Below are positions 27,728-38,443 of a DNA stretch of 64,000 nucleotides, piece by piece. The DNA lies in the NCBI GenBank assembly GCA_903857865.1, contig CAIOGO010000006.1, positions 66,511 through 130,510 of the forward strand, read 5' to 3'. The stretch comes from an uncultured bacterium (GTDB lineage Bacteria; Bipolaricaulota; Bipolaricaulia; UBA7950; UBA9294). The notes under the pieces are model-generated. The model saw nothing but the letters and a program-made list of their open reading frames with translations, had not been told where the DNA came from and did not search any database. Numbering within the stretch: position 1 is the stretch's first letter; each line of letters begins with the position of its first letter. Both the position numbers and the translations under genes were made by a program.

Positions 27728-27816
27728 GACGTGGTGACGGTAGCGTCCGGCGCGTCAGCGGGCAAGATTGCTCGCCCCCGTGGAGTCCCCTACACTCGGG
27801 CCGGGAGGAGAGAGAC

Positions 27817-28632
27817 GTGAGCGAGGTTGTGCAGAAGTACTACGACGGGTGCGTCGAACGGGAATGGGAGCGCCTGGCGCGGCCCTATCGCCGTTTCGAG
27901 CTCGCGAGCACATTGCGCCTGATCGACGAGCACTTCCCGCCAGCTGGGCGCATCGTCGACGTCGGCGGCGGCCCGGGGCGGTACACGATCGAACTCCTCC
28001 GCCGCGGCTACCGCGTCACGCTGGTCGACCTCTCCTCGGGCAACGTTGCCTACGTACGAGCCAAGTTGGCCGAGTCCGGTCTCTCCGCGGACGCCGTTCT
28101 GCAGGGCGACGCGCGCAATCTTTCCCCGATCCCGGACGGCGAATTCGACGCAGCGCTCATGCTGGGGCCGATGTACCACATCGTCGAGGAGGCCGACCGC
28201 CGCGCCGCCCTCCTCGAGCTTCGGCGCGTCCTCAAGCCTGGCGCCCCAGCGATCGTCGGCTTCCTCAACCCATGGGGCATCCTCCGCTCCGGCCTCACCG
28301 AGTTCCCCGAGCAGTACTCGGACGAGCCGGCGATTCGCAAACTCCTCACCACGTGCGTGCAGGTCGGCGAGCAAAGAGCCTTCACGGAGGCCGCGTTCCT
28401 GACTCCACCTCAAGCGATCGCCGATCTGCGCGCTGCCGGGTTTGCGGTCGATACGCGAGCGGGAGTCGAGGGGTTCGCCGCCGGCATGCTCGACGCGGTC
28501 GAACGCATCGCGGCCGAGGACCCCGAGGCGTACGAGGTCATTCTGCGCCTCGTCGCCGAGACGTGCGATCTCCCTGCCTTCCGCGACTCGACCGAGCACT
28601 TGCACATTGTCGCCCGCGCCATCGGCCTCTGA
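27817..28632 (+). CDS. Class I SAM-dependent methyltransferase
   Basis: IVDVGGGPG, VTLVDLS, GDAR, LMLGPMYH and RVLKPG. Confidence 0.88.
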   Translation: MSEVVQKYYDGCVEREWERLARPYRRFELASTLRLIDEHFPPAGRIVDVGGGPGRYTIELLRRGYRVTLVDLSSGNVAYVRAKLAESGLSADAVLQGDARNLSPIPDGEFDAALMLGPMYHIVEEADRRAALLELRRVLKPGAPAIVGFLNPWGILRSGLTEFPEQYSDEPAIRKLLTTCVQVGEQRAFTEAAFLTPPQAIADLRAAGFAVDTRAGVEGFAAGMLDAVERIAAEDPEAYEVILRLVAETCDLPAFRDSTEHLHIVARAIGL

Positions 28633-28666
28633 CACAAGTGCCAGGACCGCGTGTACATAGCGCGAG

Positions 28667-29470
28667 GTGATCAAGATGAACAGGATCAAACGCGCAACGC
28701 TGCTTCTCGGGATCCTGACGGTCTTCTTCGTATCCGCGCTCGCGCTCGCCCAGAGCGGACCGTCGCCGCTCGGCATCGTTCCGACGCCAACGCCCAACCC
28801 GGTCTCGGTCTCGATCTGGACGGATAAGACGGCCTACGCGATCGGCGAGAACGTAACGATCACGTACACGGTCAGCCAGGCGGCGTACATCTACATTCTC
28901 GATTTCCAGCCGGACGGCATCGTGCGGCAGGTCTTCCCGAACCAATACTCGACGTCGTCGAACTACGTCAGCGCGGGCACTCACACGCTCCCCGACGGGA
29001 TGTACAAGTTCACGGTCTACCCGCCGACGGGCACGGAACAGCTGCAGATCATCGCGAGCGGAGTGCCCCTGAACCTGGCGCCGACGTCGTACAGCGAGCC
29101 ATTCCCGATGGTTGGATCCAGCCCGAGCGCCGCGGCCATGAGCGTGCAGGCACAGATCAAGGGCATCACTCCCGAGCCGCAGTGGGCCACGGCGTGGACG
29201 TCGTTCGTCATCCTCACGTCGTACGGGTACACGCCGTACACGCCACCCACTCCGTACACTCCATACACGCCCTACACGCCGCCGACTCCCCCCTCACCAC
29301 CGAGCGGGTACTACTTCTACCCGCCGTTCCCCGGCTCCCCCGGCGGAACATGGTATTGGCAGGACGGCGCGTGGCATTACGGGCTGCCGGCGAGCGGGAT
29401 GTACTGGTACTTCGGCCCGGACATGATGTGGCACTTCCGCATCACGATTCACTTCGGAATCGGAGGCTAG
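28667..29470 (+). CDS. Secreted DUF4384-like protein with TPY repeats and Trp/Tyr-rich tail
   Basis: Signal peptide; WTDKTAYAIGE...DGIVRQVFPN...GTEQLQIIAS. Confidence 0.75.
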   Translation: MIKMNRIKRATLLLGILTVFFVSALALAQSGPSPLGIVPTPTPNPVSVSIWTDKTAYAIGENVTITYTVSQAAYIYILDFQPDGIVRQVFPNQYSTSSNYVSAGTHTLPDGMYKFTVYPPTGTEQLQIIASGVPLNLAPTSYSEPFPMVGSSPSAAAMSVQAQIKGITPEPQWATAWTSFVILTSYGYTPYTPPTPYTPYTPYTPPTPPSPPSGYYFYPPFPGSPGGTWYWQDGAWHYGLPASGMYWYFGPDMMWHFRITIHFGIGG

Positions 29471-29715
29471 AGACAAGAAACTGGTGGGGCCGTTGTACCT
29501 CCTCGGGACTCGGCCTCGCAGGAGGGTCCTGGCTGCGGCCAGGGCTTTCCTTTGGGTCCAAGGGCCCAGCTCTAGCTGGCTCGCCGGCAACGGTTGAGCC
29601 AACCGCTGGGCCCCCTTCTTCTTGACCTGAGGCTCGATGTCTGCCGGACCTCACATCTCATCTCGTCCATCCCGCACCGCTAGCGGTAGAATCGCCTCCA
29701 GCGCGAGGAGGCGTC

Positions 29716-30981
29716 ATGCTGGAGTGGAGCCCGGAGCAAGCTCGGCGATACCACCTCTTCGCCGCGGGCCTCACGGGAAGGCCGTATCCCGCAGGTGACG
29801 CGGGCATCCGACGCGCGTTCGCCGATCTTGGATCGCTGCAACTCGACCCGCTGCCCGTGCTTGGAAGAAACCACGACCTCGTGATCCAGGCCCGCGTCGA
29901 CGGCACGCACCCGGACGAGACGCTTGACCTCATCCATCGCGAGCGGCTCGGGTTCGAGTACTGGAACAAGGCGCTGTGCATCGTCGCACTGGAGCACTAT
30001 CCGCTACTGCGCCGCCTCATGGAGCACGGCGGCGACGCGTACACGTCGAGGCGCGCCGCCCCGCTTGAGCGCGACGAGCCCGGCACCGTTGACGATGTGT
30101 ACGCCGCTGTGCGGCGGCACGGCCCTCTGTCGAGCCGCGAACTTCGGACGCTCGACATCGCGCAGGGCGAGCGCCGAGGCTGGAAGTCGACGCGCGCCGC
30201 GAACCTCGCCCTAGAGCTCCTCTGGAACGACGGCCGGCTTGCGGTGTCGCATCGTGTCAACTACCGACGCTACTTCGACCTCGCCGAGCGCGTCATCCCG
30301 GCCGCCGTGCGGCGTCGCAGCGTGCGCCCCGAGAACTTCTGGCCCGGCCTCCTGAAAGAGAGAGTCCGCATGGTTGGGCTCCTGCCAGCCTCGGGCGACG
30401 CGGAAGCCTGGATGTTCCTGCAACAAGCGAGGAAGGATGGCACGCTCGCCGAGCTGCTTCGCCGCGGCGACGTGGTCGAAGTGAGGGTCACGGGGATCAA
30501 GACTCCGTTCCTCGCCCTCGGCGACGCGCCGGATCGCCTTGCCGAAGCGGAGCGGGCGGAGCCGGACTCGAGAGTCGCCCGCTTCCTCGCGCCGCTCGAT
30601 CCTTTCCTCTGGGCGCGAACGGCCGTCGAGCGACTGTGGTCGTTCCGCTACACGTGGGAGGTCTACAAACCTACGGAGAAGCGGGAATTCGGCTACTACG
30701 TCCTTCCGGTCCTCGTCGGCGACCGCCTCGTGGGACGGTTCGACGGCGCCGTCGACCGAGCCAATGGGCTCCTGAGGGTACACGCCTATCACACCGAACC
30801 CGGCGCACGCGGCCTCGACGACCCGGCCGTCTACGGGGGGTTCCAGCGATTCCTCGGGTATTTGAACGCGGACACTGCCGTGCTGCCGAACGGCGAGACG
30901 TGGACGCGCACGCCTGTCGAGCGCCCTAGCGGAGCGACTTCTCGTAGATCCGCCACGTCTTGTGGTGCACGCCGCCCATGA
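29716..30981 (+). CDS. YcaQ/AlkZ-family (HTH_42) DNA crosslink glycosylase
   Basis: LQLDP...RNHDLV..AR; LAPLDPFLW; YTWEVYKP..KREFGYYVLPVL. Confidence 0.88.
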   Translation: MLEWSPEQARRYHLFAAGLTGRPYPAGDAGIRRAFADLGSLQLDPLPVLGRNHDLVIQARVDGTHPDETLDLIHRERLGFEYWNKALCIVALEHYPLLRRLMEHGGDAYTSRRAAPLERDEPGTVDDVYAAVRRHGPLSSRELRTLDIAQGERRGWKSTRAANLALELLWNDGRLAVSHRVNYRRYFDLAERVIPAAVRRRSVRPENFWPGLLKERVRMVGLLPASGDAEAWMFLQQARKDGTLAELLRRGDVVEVRVTGIKTPFLALGDAPDRLAEAERAEPDSRVARFLAPLDPFLWARTAVERLWSFRYTWEVYKPTEKREFGYYVLPVLVGDRLVGRFDGAVDRANGLLRVHAYHTEPGARGLDDPAVYGGFQRFLGYLNADTAVLPNGETWTRTPVERPSGATSRRSATSCGARRP

Positions 30982-32086
30982 AGCTCGACGCGCGCAGGAT
31001 GAGGTCGTTGCCCTCGAGTAGGAGGGACGGCTCGCACGTCTTGTACCCGCGGCGCAACGCGTAGTCGAGCACCTCCGAGTAGAGGACGGCGTCGATCCCG
31101 AGCTTGCGAAAGCGAGGCAAGACCCCGAAGAACATCAGGCGCATGTCGGGAATCCGGCGGCGTGTCCGCAGTAGGCGGAGCGCGCGGACGAGATCGGTGT
31201 CTTGCAGCTTGTTCCAGCGCGGCCGGAACGCGACGTTCGGATCCGGGAGCGCGCCGAGGACGGCGGCCAATTCGCCGTCCACGTAGGCGAATCGCATCAG
31301 ACCGGGGTCCGCCACCAGCTTGAGGGTCGACGCCACCGCCGCGCCCTCGGCCTCGGTCAAGGGGAGGAATCCCCAGTTGGCGGCCCACGCTTCGTTGTAG
31401 ATCCGGACGATCAGATCCACCTCTTGCTTGACCTTGCCCATGTCGATCGGCCGCGTCTCGATCGAGCGGCGCCGGAGTACGGCGTCCGCAAGTGGACCCA
31501 GACGCTCGGATGGGCCGTCGGAGATCTGGATCAGGTAGGCGTGATAGTCCATGGCCTTCACGAATCCACACGCTTCGATGTACTCGCCGTAGTACGGAGG
31601 GTTGTGCGTAAGCTCCACGGTCGGCGGGTAGGCGAACCCCTCGATGAGGACGCCCTGATTCGCCTCGTGCGTGGCGTTCGAGTACCCGCCGGGTCCCCTC
31701 AGGCACTCCATGCCGCGTTCCTTCACCCAAGCGGACGCGCAGTCGAGCAGCTCCTTGGCCACATCGGGGCGCGGCCCGACGTCAAAGAACCCGAAGAACC
31801 CGGTCTTCGTCCCGTAGAACTCGTTGAACCGACGGTTCACGGCCGCCGAGACTCGACCGAGAAGATTCTCGCCGTCGCGCGCGATGAAGTGCGTCACCTC
31901 CGCGTCGTGATGGTAGGGATGGGCGCGGGTGAGCAGCCCCGTGATCCCGAGGAGACGGCTCCCGAGAAGCTCAGCCCGCAGCGGCGGAGTCCAACACGGG
32001 TCGCCGCGAAAAAGCTTCCAGGGAACTTCGACAAACTCCTCGAGCCCTCGCTCGCCCAGCTCGACCTGTTGAATCTGGAATCCCAT
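30926..32086 (-). CDS. GNAT-fold N-acetyltransferase (YghO-like)
   Basis: GFFGFFD, HNPPYY, NWGFLPLT and FFGVLPRFRKLGID. Confidence 0.8.
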   Translation of the reverse strand: MGFQIQQVELGERGLEEFVEVPWKLFRGDPCWTPPLRAELLGSRLLGITGLLTRAHPYHHDAEVTHFIARDGENLLGRVSAAVNRRFNEFYGTKTGFFGFFDVGPRPDVAKELLDCASAWVKERGMECLRGPGGYSNATHEANQGVLIEGFAYPPTVELTHNPPYYGEYIEACGFVKAMDYHAYLIQISDGPSERLGPLADAVLRRRSIETRPIDMGKVKQEVDLIVRIYNEAWAANWGFLPLTEAEGAAVASTLKLVADPGLMRFAYVDGELAAVLGALPDPNVAFRPRWNKLQDTDLVRALRLLRTRRRIPDMRLMFFGVLPRFRKLGIDAVLYSEVLDYALRRGYKTCEPSLLLEGNDLILRASSFMGGVHHKTWRIYEKSLR

Positions 32087-32197
32087 GTCTGCCTTTCACA
32101 CTCCCCTGATCCATCCATTATGCCGCGCCCGACTTCCCGTGACACATCGCGAGAGCGGACTTGCGCGCACCGATGCCAAGGGGTATTCGTTGTCTGT

Positions 32198-32992
32198 ATG
32201 TCGGACACGGGTGCGCACGACGAGATGAAGCTCTTCCGTTTCCTCCAGGCGCAGGCCGGTGTTTCGCGCCGGAAGGCCTTGGACCTCGTCCTCGCAGGCG
32301 AGGTCACCGTGAACGGCGAGCCGGTCTTGGATCCGTTCCTCCTCCTCGCGCGCGGTGCGGTTCTCCGCCTCGCGCTGCGCGGTCACCCTCTCTCCATCGA
32401 GCCGCGCGAGGCGCGCGTCTATCGACTCTACAAGCCGGCCGGCATGCTCTGCAGCCATGACGATCCGTTCTCCGGCAACACCGTGGGGCGCCTGCTCCGC
32501 GCGGACGGATTCCTCGGCTACACGTGGGTCGGACGCCTCGACCAGGACGCGGAGGGTCTGCTCCTCGTCTCGAACGACGGAGACGTGATCCAAGCATTCA
32601 CGCATCCGCGGTACGAGGTGCGCAAGGTCTACCGGGTGTGGCTTGCCGAGTCACCTCCGGAGCGAGAGCTCCATCGGGCCCTGCGCTCGATGGAGCGCGG
32701 CGTCGAGGACGAGGGCGAAGTGTTGCGCATCCTCGAGGGGCGAATCGAGGGGCACCCGCGGCACGCGGTGATCACCCTGGCGGAGGGGAGGAAGCACGAG
32801 ATCAAGCGTCTGTTCGCCCGGTTCGGCTACTCCGTGACCCGCTTGCTGCGCGTCGCCGTGGGGCCTGTCCAGCTTAGCGACCTTGTCCCAGGCGCGTGGG
32901 ATCGTCTGTCGCTCCCCGAAGAGGCGTCCCTCGTCGACCTGGCGCGGACGCTTCTCGCTCAGGCTGGAGAAACGCCAGACAGGGACCTATAA
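32198..32992 (+). CDS. RsuA/RluB-family pseudouridine synthase
   Basis: S4 domain AGVSRRKA...GEVTVNG; GRLD; HPRYEVRKVY; EGRKHEIKR. Confidence 0.9.
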   Translation: MSDTGAHDEMKLFRFLQAQAGVSRRKALDLVLAGEVTVNGEPVLDPFLLLARGAVLRLALRGHPLSIEPREARVYRLYKPAGMLCSHDDPFSGNTVGRLLRADGFLGYTWVGRLDQDAEGLLLVSNDGDVIQAFTHPRYEVRKVYRVWLAESPPERELHRALRSMERGVEDEGEVLRILEGRIEGHPRHAVITLAEGRKHEIKRLFARFGYSVTRLLRVAVGPVQLSDLVPGAWDRLSLPEEASLVDLARTLLAQAGETPDRDL

Positions 32993-32999
32993 TCGGCTT

Positions 33000-34622
33000 A
33001 TGCGGGTCGGCATCGGGCAGATGAACGCGCACGTCGGCGCGATCGAGCGAAACGCGCAGGCCGTCATGACCCTGATCGACGAGGCGAAGGCGGCCGGGTG
33101 CGACGTCGTGGCGTTCCCCGAGCTCGCCATCCCCGGATACATTCCTCTCGACCTCCTGTGGCGTCCGGGCTTCGTGTCCGCCTGCGAAGAGGCCGTGGCG
33201 TCGCTTCGCGACCGCGGCGGCCCGATGACGGTCATCGTCGGATCGGTCGCCGCGGAACCGACGAGGAGTGCCGCCAACCGAAGCGATCCTTCGTCGACGT
33301 GCGACGGAGCGGGCACCGACATCGCCAACGTCGCGCACCTCCTCGCGGGCGGCCGAGAGATCGCGCGCGTCGCCAAGATGCACCTGCCGACATTCGACGT
33401 CTACAGCGAGAAGCGCTATTTCACGCCGGGCGAAGGGGTCGAGACGCACGATGTCGCGGGGACGAGAATCGGCGTCAACCTCTGCGAAGACCTCTGGATC
33501 GACGAGGGCCCGACAGACCTCCAGGCAAGCCTCGGCGCGAAGCTCATTTTCAACCTCTCGGCATCCCCGTTCTTCATGGGCAAGCTTGGCATCCGTCGCC
33601 GGCTCGCCCGCCGGCGCGCCCAGGAGAACGGCGTGGCCATCGTCTACGTCAATCTCGTCGGCGGCCAGGACGACATCGTCTTCGACGGCGGCAGCTTCGT
33701 CACCAACGAAGAAGGGGACGTCGTCTTTGCGGCTCCCCGATTCGAGGAAGGGCTCTATGTGGTCGACCTCCCCCACGGCGCCATCCGCGTTCCGCTCGAC
33801 GATCCGACGCTAGAGACTCGGTCCGCCATCGTCCTCGGAATCCGCGACTACGTCCGTAAGAATGGCTTCGGAGGATGCCTACTCGGGCTTTCCGGAGGCA
33901 TCGACTCCGCCGTCGTCGCCGCTCTCGCCGCCGAGGCCGTGGGCGCTGAGAACGTGGTGTCGATCTACATGCCAAGCGTCTTCTCCGCCCAAGAGAGCGG
34001 GGAGGACGCGGCCGCGATCGCCTCAGCGCTGGGCATTCGTCATCTCGAGATCTCGATCGCCGAGATCCACGAGCGCTTCCGCAACGCCCTTCCCAACGCC
34101 GCGATGGGCCTCGTCGACGAGAACCTGCAGCCGCGGATTCGCGGGATCCTTCTCATGGCTCTGTCGAATCAGGAGGGAAGGCTTGTGCTGTGTCCGGCGA
34201 ACAAGTCGGAAATCGCGATGGGCTACAACACGCTCTACGGAGACACGGTGGGAGCTCTAGCGCCAATAGCCGACCTCTATAAGGACGACGTCTATCGCCT
34301 CGCGGCGACGTACGGCAACGTGATCCCGCGACGCGTAGTCAAGCGGGCGCCGACGGCAGAGCTGCGTCCGAACCAGAGGGACGACGACGACCTCCCGCCC
34401 TACGCTGACCTCGATCCCGCTCTGCGCGCCCTGATCGAAGGGAACGCCTCCCGCGACGGGCTTCTCGCCGCCGGTTTCGCGACCCCTCTGGTCGACGAGG
34501 TGCTGCACCGCTATGTCCAGCACGAGCACAAGCGCCGCCAACTGCCGCCTGGGATCAAGGTAACGCCCAAGGCGTTCGGAAGCGGGCGCCGCGTTCCGAT
34601 CACGAACGCCTACCAGCGCTAA
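33000..34622 (+). CDS. nadE: Glutamine-dependent NAD+ synthetase
   Basis: Nitrilase domain (FPEL, CEDLW) plus GLSGGIDS, ENLQPRIRG, NKSE and PTAELRPNQ. Confidence 0.95.
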   Translation: MRVGIGQMNAHVGAIERNAQAVMTLIDEAKAAGCDVVAFPELAIPGYIPLDLLWRPGFVSACEEAVASLRDRGGPMTVIVGSVAAEPTRSAANRSDPSSTCDGAGTDIANVAHLLAGGREIARVAKMHLPTFDVYSEKRYFTPGEGVETHDVAGTRIGVNLCEDLWIDEGPTDLQASLGAKLIFNLSASPFFMGKLGIRRRLARRRAQENGVAIVYVNLVGGQDDIVFDGGSFVTNEEGDVVFAAPRFEEGLYVVDLPHGAIRVPLDDPTLETRSAIVLGIRDYVRKNGFGGCLLGLSGGIDSAVVAALAAEAVGAENVVSIYMPSVFSAQESGEDAAAIASALGIRHLEISIAEIHERFRNALPNAAMGLVDENLQPRIRGILLMALSNQEGRLVLCPANKSEIAMGYNTLYGDTVGALAPIADLYKDDVYRLAATYGNVIPRRVVKRAPTAELRPNQRDDDDLPPYADLDPALRALIEGNASRDGLLAAGFATPLVDEVLHRYVQHEHKRRQLPPGIKVTPKAFGSGRRVPITNAYQR

Positions 34623-34677
34623 GAGCAAGTGGACCCGGGATCGCCGGGTCCACCGACTCTCTGCTCTCGTACGGTCT

Positions 34678-35172
34678 CTACTCGACTTTGATCTCGACGG
34701 CCTTCTCGGGCTCTTTGATCGACTCGAGCAGCGGCGCGGACACCCGGAGGATGCCGTCCTCAAAGCGCGCAGCGACTTTTCCCTTGTCGATCAGTTCCGT
34801 CGGCAGCGGGAACGACCGATGAAAGCGCCCGACCCGTCGATCGATGCGGAAGTACTGATCGCGTCCGACGTCTTCCCGACGCTTCACCTCGCCTGAGATG
34901 ACGAGTTGGTCCTCCTCGATGCGCACCTCTACGTCCTCTTTGCGCGCGCCGGGCAGCTCTGTCTCGAAAACGATGTGCTTGTCCTTCTCGTACACGTCCG
35001 TACGTCCGAAACCCGCGGCGACATCGAATCCAACTCCGTCGAAGCCGCTCGACAACTCATCGATCAGGTGCGACAGACTCGACTCAAGCAGGAAGGTCCC
35101 ACGCCTCGCCTCGGGGAGGCGCCTCAGGGCGCAGCCCTCGCTGCCACTTCTGTTCTGTAGTAGGACTCTCAT
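34678..35172 (-). CDS. Hsp20 small heat-shock protein
   Basis: DVYE...ELPG...ISGE...FHRSFPLP...ARFEDGILRV. Confidence 0.9.
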   Translation of the reverse strand: MRVLLQNRSGSEGCALRRLPEARRGTFLLESSLSHLIDELSSGFDGVGFDVAAGFGRTDVYEKDKHIVFETELPGARKEDVEVRIEEDQLVISGEVKRREDVGRDQYFRIDRRVGRFHRSFPLPTELIDKGKVAARFEDGILRVSAPLLESIKEPEKAVEIKVE

Positions 35173-35271
35173 GTTTCGCTCCTTGGCAGGCTCGCCATCT
35201 GTTTGCTAATTGGCAGTCTACTCCCCCGGGTGCCAGTTGTCAAGAGAGACGCATCCCCCTAATATCAGACC

Positions 35272-35514
35272 ATGCTCCGCCGAGTCCTCATCGCGCCGAT
35301 TCGCGCCTACCGCCGGTTCCTGTCGCCGGTCCTGCCTCATCATTGCCGGTTCGCCCCGTCCTGTTCGCAGTACGCGATCGAGGCGGTGGAGACGCACGGC
35401 GTTCTACGCGGAGGATGGCTCGCCGTTCGTAGACTCCTCAAGTGCCAGCCGCTCCACCCGGGCGGCTATGATCCCGTGCCAGAGAGGAAGACAAGGGGTG
35501 AGCATCACGACTGA
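35272..35514 (+). CDS. yidD: Membrane protein insertion efficiency factor
   Basis: YRRFLSP...[11 protein letters not shown]...[13 protein letters not shown]. Confidence 0.95.
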   Translation: MLRRVLIAPIRAYRRFLSPVLPHHCRFAPSCSQYAIEAVETHGVLRGGWLAVRRLLKCQPLHPGGYDPVPERKTRGEHHD

Positions 35515-36475
35515 GATCGAACATCCGGCGGACGACGACATCGTCGATGTTCTCGTAATTGGGGGAGGTCCCGCCGGGGCGACGGCCGCGCTCTACGCCG
35601 CGAGGTCCGGTCGGACGTGCCGAGTCGTCGACAAGGGTATCGCATCGGGCGCACTCGGCATGAGCCGCGAGATCGGCAATTTCCCCGGACTCATCGATCC
35701 GGTTCCCGGCGCCCACATCGTCGCCAGCATTCGGGCTCAAGCGGAGCGGTACGGCGCCATCTTCGTCGCCGATCGTGTGACGGCCGCGAATCTCGACGGC
35801 CCGGTGAAGACGGCGTGGGGAGCGAAATGCGCATACCAGGGACGCGCAATGATCGTCGCCACGGGATCGATGGGGCGCGCGGCGGCCCTTCCGGGCGAGG
35901 AACGACTGATCGGGCGGGGGGTGTCGTATTGCGCCACGTGCGACGGCTACTTCTTCCGCGACCAGGCGGTGGCCGTGGTGGGGGCGACGGACGAGGCGGG
36001 CGAAGAATCGCTCCTCCTCGCGCGGCTGGCTCGTCGCGTGCATTTGCTCATGCCTGCGGAGTCGCTGCGGGCGCCGGGCGCACTGGCGGCGGAACTCGCG
36101 GCGAACCCGGTGATCGAGGTGCATCGGTCCACCCTCGTCGACGAGATCCTCGGTCAGAATCGGGTGGAAGGGCTACGCATCCGCGCCCGCGGCGCGGCCG
36201 CGTCCGTGCTCGAGGTGAGCGGGGTCTTCCTTTACCTGCAGGGCGCTCGGCCGATCGTGGACTTCCTCGGCGGCCAGGCGTCGCTGTCGGCGGAGGGATG
36301 TCTCGTCGTCGACTCCCTCTCCCACACATCTGTTCCCGGAGTGTTCGCCGCCGGCGATGTTCTGTGCAAGCACCTCAAGCAGGCCGTGATCGCCGCCGCG
36401 GAAGGCGCCACGGCGGCCGTGGCCGCGGATCGCTTCCTGTCCGGACACGCGAAGCTTCGGCCCGACTGGTCCTAG
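35498..36475 (+). CDS. trxB: Thioredoxin reductase
   Basis: [18 protein letters not shown] and GVFAAGDV. Confidence 0.9.
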   Translation: MSITTEIEHPADDDIVDVLVIGGGPAGATAALYAARSGRTCRVVDKGIASGALGMSREIGNFPGLIDPVPGAHIVASIRAQAERYGAIFVADRVTAANLDGPVKTAWGAKCAYQGRAMIVATGSMGRAAALPGEERLIGRGVSYCATCDGYFFRDQAVAVVGATDEAGEESLLLARLARRVHLLMPAESLRAPGALAAELAANPVIEVHRSTLVDEILGQNRVEGLRIRARGAAASVLEVSGVFLYLQGARPIVDFLGGQASLSAEGCLVVDSLSHTSVPGVFAAGDVLCKHLKQAVIAAAEGATAAVAADRFLSGHAKLRPDWS

Positions 36476-36499
36476 GCCACGCCACAGGCGGCGGCCCGC

Positions 36500-37681
36500 C
36501 TACGGCCGCTCGCGGAATTCCGACCAAGCGTCGCGGACGAGATCGGGGGACACGAACGCATCGATGGCCGTCATCGCCATCGACTTCGCCGCGGCCATCA
36601 TGGCCGCGTGGCCGCGCTCGGATCGCGACGCCTCGGCAAACGGACCGGAGTGTCCCACCACGTCCTCGCTGCAAATCGCCACGTAGGGGTGAAGCGACGG
36701 GACCACCTGGCTCACGTCGCCCATGTCCGTTGACCCGTAGGGGAGCGAGCCGCCGCGTGGCGCATCGAGATGCCAGCCAAGTCGCTCGAGGTTGCGGGCA
36801 AAGGCGGCGTCGAGGGTCGCGTTCAGCTTCATCGCCTTGTACGGGACCGAGATCGTCTTGAACTCGAGCGTCGCCCCGGTGGCGAGCGCCGCGCCCTCGG
36901 CGCAGCGGCGCAGCTTCCCGAGCAACTCGTCACGATAGGCCGTGTCCGCCGCGCGCACGTAGAACTCGGCCGCCGCGTAGTCCGGGACGATGTTCGGCTT
37001 GACGCCGCCGTGCGTGATGATCCCGTGGATGCGCGCGCCGTCCTTGATGTGCTGGCGCAGGGCGTTCAGGCCGTTGTACGTCTGGATCACGGCGTCGAGC
37101 GCGTTCACGCCGCGCTCCGGCCAGGCGGACGCGTGGGCCGCGACGCCCCGGAACTCGACGCGCACCTCGGTGATCGCGAGGCTCCCGTGTCCGACCGCCG
37201 TGAAGGGCGACGGGTGAAACATCATCGCCACATCCACGCCGTCGAAGAGGCCGGCCTCGATCATCGCCACCTTTCCGCCACCGCCCTCTTCCGCCGGCGT
37301 CCCGAGAACCACGAGGCGACCCGGCAGCTCCGGCTTGACACGCCCGAGCGCCAGCGCGGCGCCGAGCGCCCCGGCGGCGATCAGATTGTGGCCGCAGGCG
37401 TGGCCCAGGTCGGGCAACGCGTCGTACTCAGCGATCACGGCCACCGTGGGGCCATCGGAAACCGACGGGTGCTCGGCGCGCAACGCGGTGGGGAGACCGG
37501 CCACCCCGGTCTCGACCCGGAAGCCGTCGCCCTCGAGCTCCTCCGCGAGGCGCCGCGAGGCGAGGACTTCCTCGAACTTGACCTCGGGGTGAGAGAACAC
37601 GTACTCGCTCACGCTCCGCAGCCGCGCGTCGAGATCGTCGACGCCTCCGATCACGCGTTCCTTCATGTCCCTGCCCATCAT
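36500..37681 (-). CDS. M20-family amidohydrolase (AbgB/PM20D2-like)
   Basis: HPE, EYDALP, GHACGHN, GTPAEE and GSTDMGDVS. Confidence 0.9.
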   Translation of the reverse strand: MMGRDMKERVIGGVDDLDARLRSVSEYVFSHPEVKFEEVLASRRLAEELEGDGFRVETGVAGLPTALRAEHPSVSDGPTVAVIAEYDALPDLGHACGHNLIAAGALGAALALGRVKPELPGRLVVLGTPAEEGGGGKVAMIEAGLFDGVDVAMMFHPSPFTAVGHGSLAITEVRVEFRGVAAHASAWPERGVNALDAVIQTYNGLNALRQHIKDGARIHGIITHGGVKPNIVPDYAAAEFYVRAADTAYRDELLGKLRRCAEGAALATGATLEFKTISVPYKAMKLNATLDAAFARNLERLGWHLDAPRGGSLPYGSTDMGDVSQVVPSLHPYVAICSEDVVGHSGPFAEASRSERGHAAMMAAAKSMAMTAIDAFVSPDLVRDAWSEFRERP

Positions 37682-38361
37682 GTCCCTCCTGCGCGCGCCT
37701 CGCGCACGGTCGCCCCGACGAGGCAGTCGAGGGCGTCGACCACCGGCAGACTCTCCCCCGCGTCGTAAAGGAGCGAGATCTCCGTGCAACCGACGAGGAG
37801 TCCCCTCGCGCCCTCATCTCGCAAGTGAGCGATGACTCGACGCAGTCGTGCCCGAAGCTCCTCCAGAGCCTGCCCGGCTTTCACCGCAGCGATCAGGCGC
37901 GTGATCTCCGCTTGGTCGGTCGCCCGCGGAACGACCGCGGCGATCTCGCGAGACCCGAGCACCTTCTGGTAGAGGCCGGCGCGGATCGCGGCTTCCGTGG
38001 CCAAGAGTCCCACACAGTCGACGTTCACGCAATCTGCCGCCTCCGCAAGCATGTCGAGCACTGAGATCGCCACCGCCTCGCGCACGGACTCGAGGTACGC
38101 GTGAGCGGTGTTGCACGGCATGGCAAGAATCTCCGCGCCCGAGCGCTCCAGGCCCCGCGCGATCACGCACAGCCGCGGAGCGGGGTCAGGTCCCCCGTGC
38201 AAGATCGCGTCGGTCCGACTGGGAATCGCCGGATCGCTGTCGACGAGCACGTGCAGGTGGTCGCTGTCTCGCTCCGCGGGGGTCGCGCGAACCAACCGCG
38301 CGAGGTACTCGACCGTCGCCGCCGGCCCCATGCCCCCGATCACGCCCACCACCTTCGACAT
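37678..38361 (-). CDS. Aspartate/glutamate racemase family protein
   Basis: GGMGPAAT, PCNTAH and GCTEIS. Confidence 0.92.
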   Translation of the reverse strand: MSKVVGVIGGMGPAATVEYLARLVRATPAERDSDHLHVLVDSDPAIPSRTDAILHGGPDPAPRLCVIARGLERSGAEILAMPCNTAHAYLESVREAVAISVLDMLAEAADCVNVDCVGLLATEAAIRAGLYQKVLGSREIAAVVPRATDQAEITRLIAAVKAGQALEELRARLRRVIAHLRDEGARGLLVGCTEISLLYDAGESLPVVDALDCLVGATVREARAGGT

Positions 38362-38443
38362 CGCCGCGCCTCCTTGCCCGCCACGAACGGCGGGAAGCGT
38401 ACGAAAAGGCGGATCCAGCCGCAACGAAGACCCACGGGTGGAA

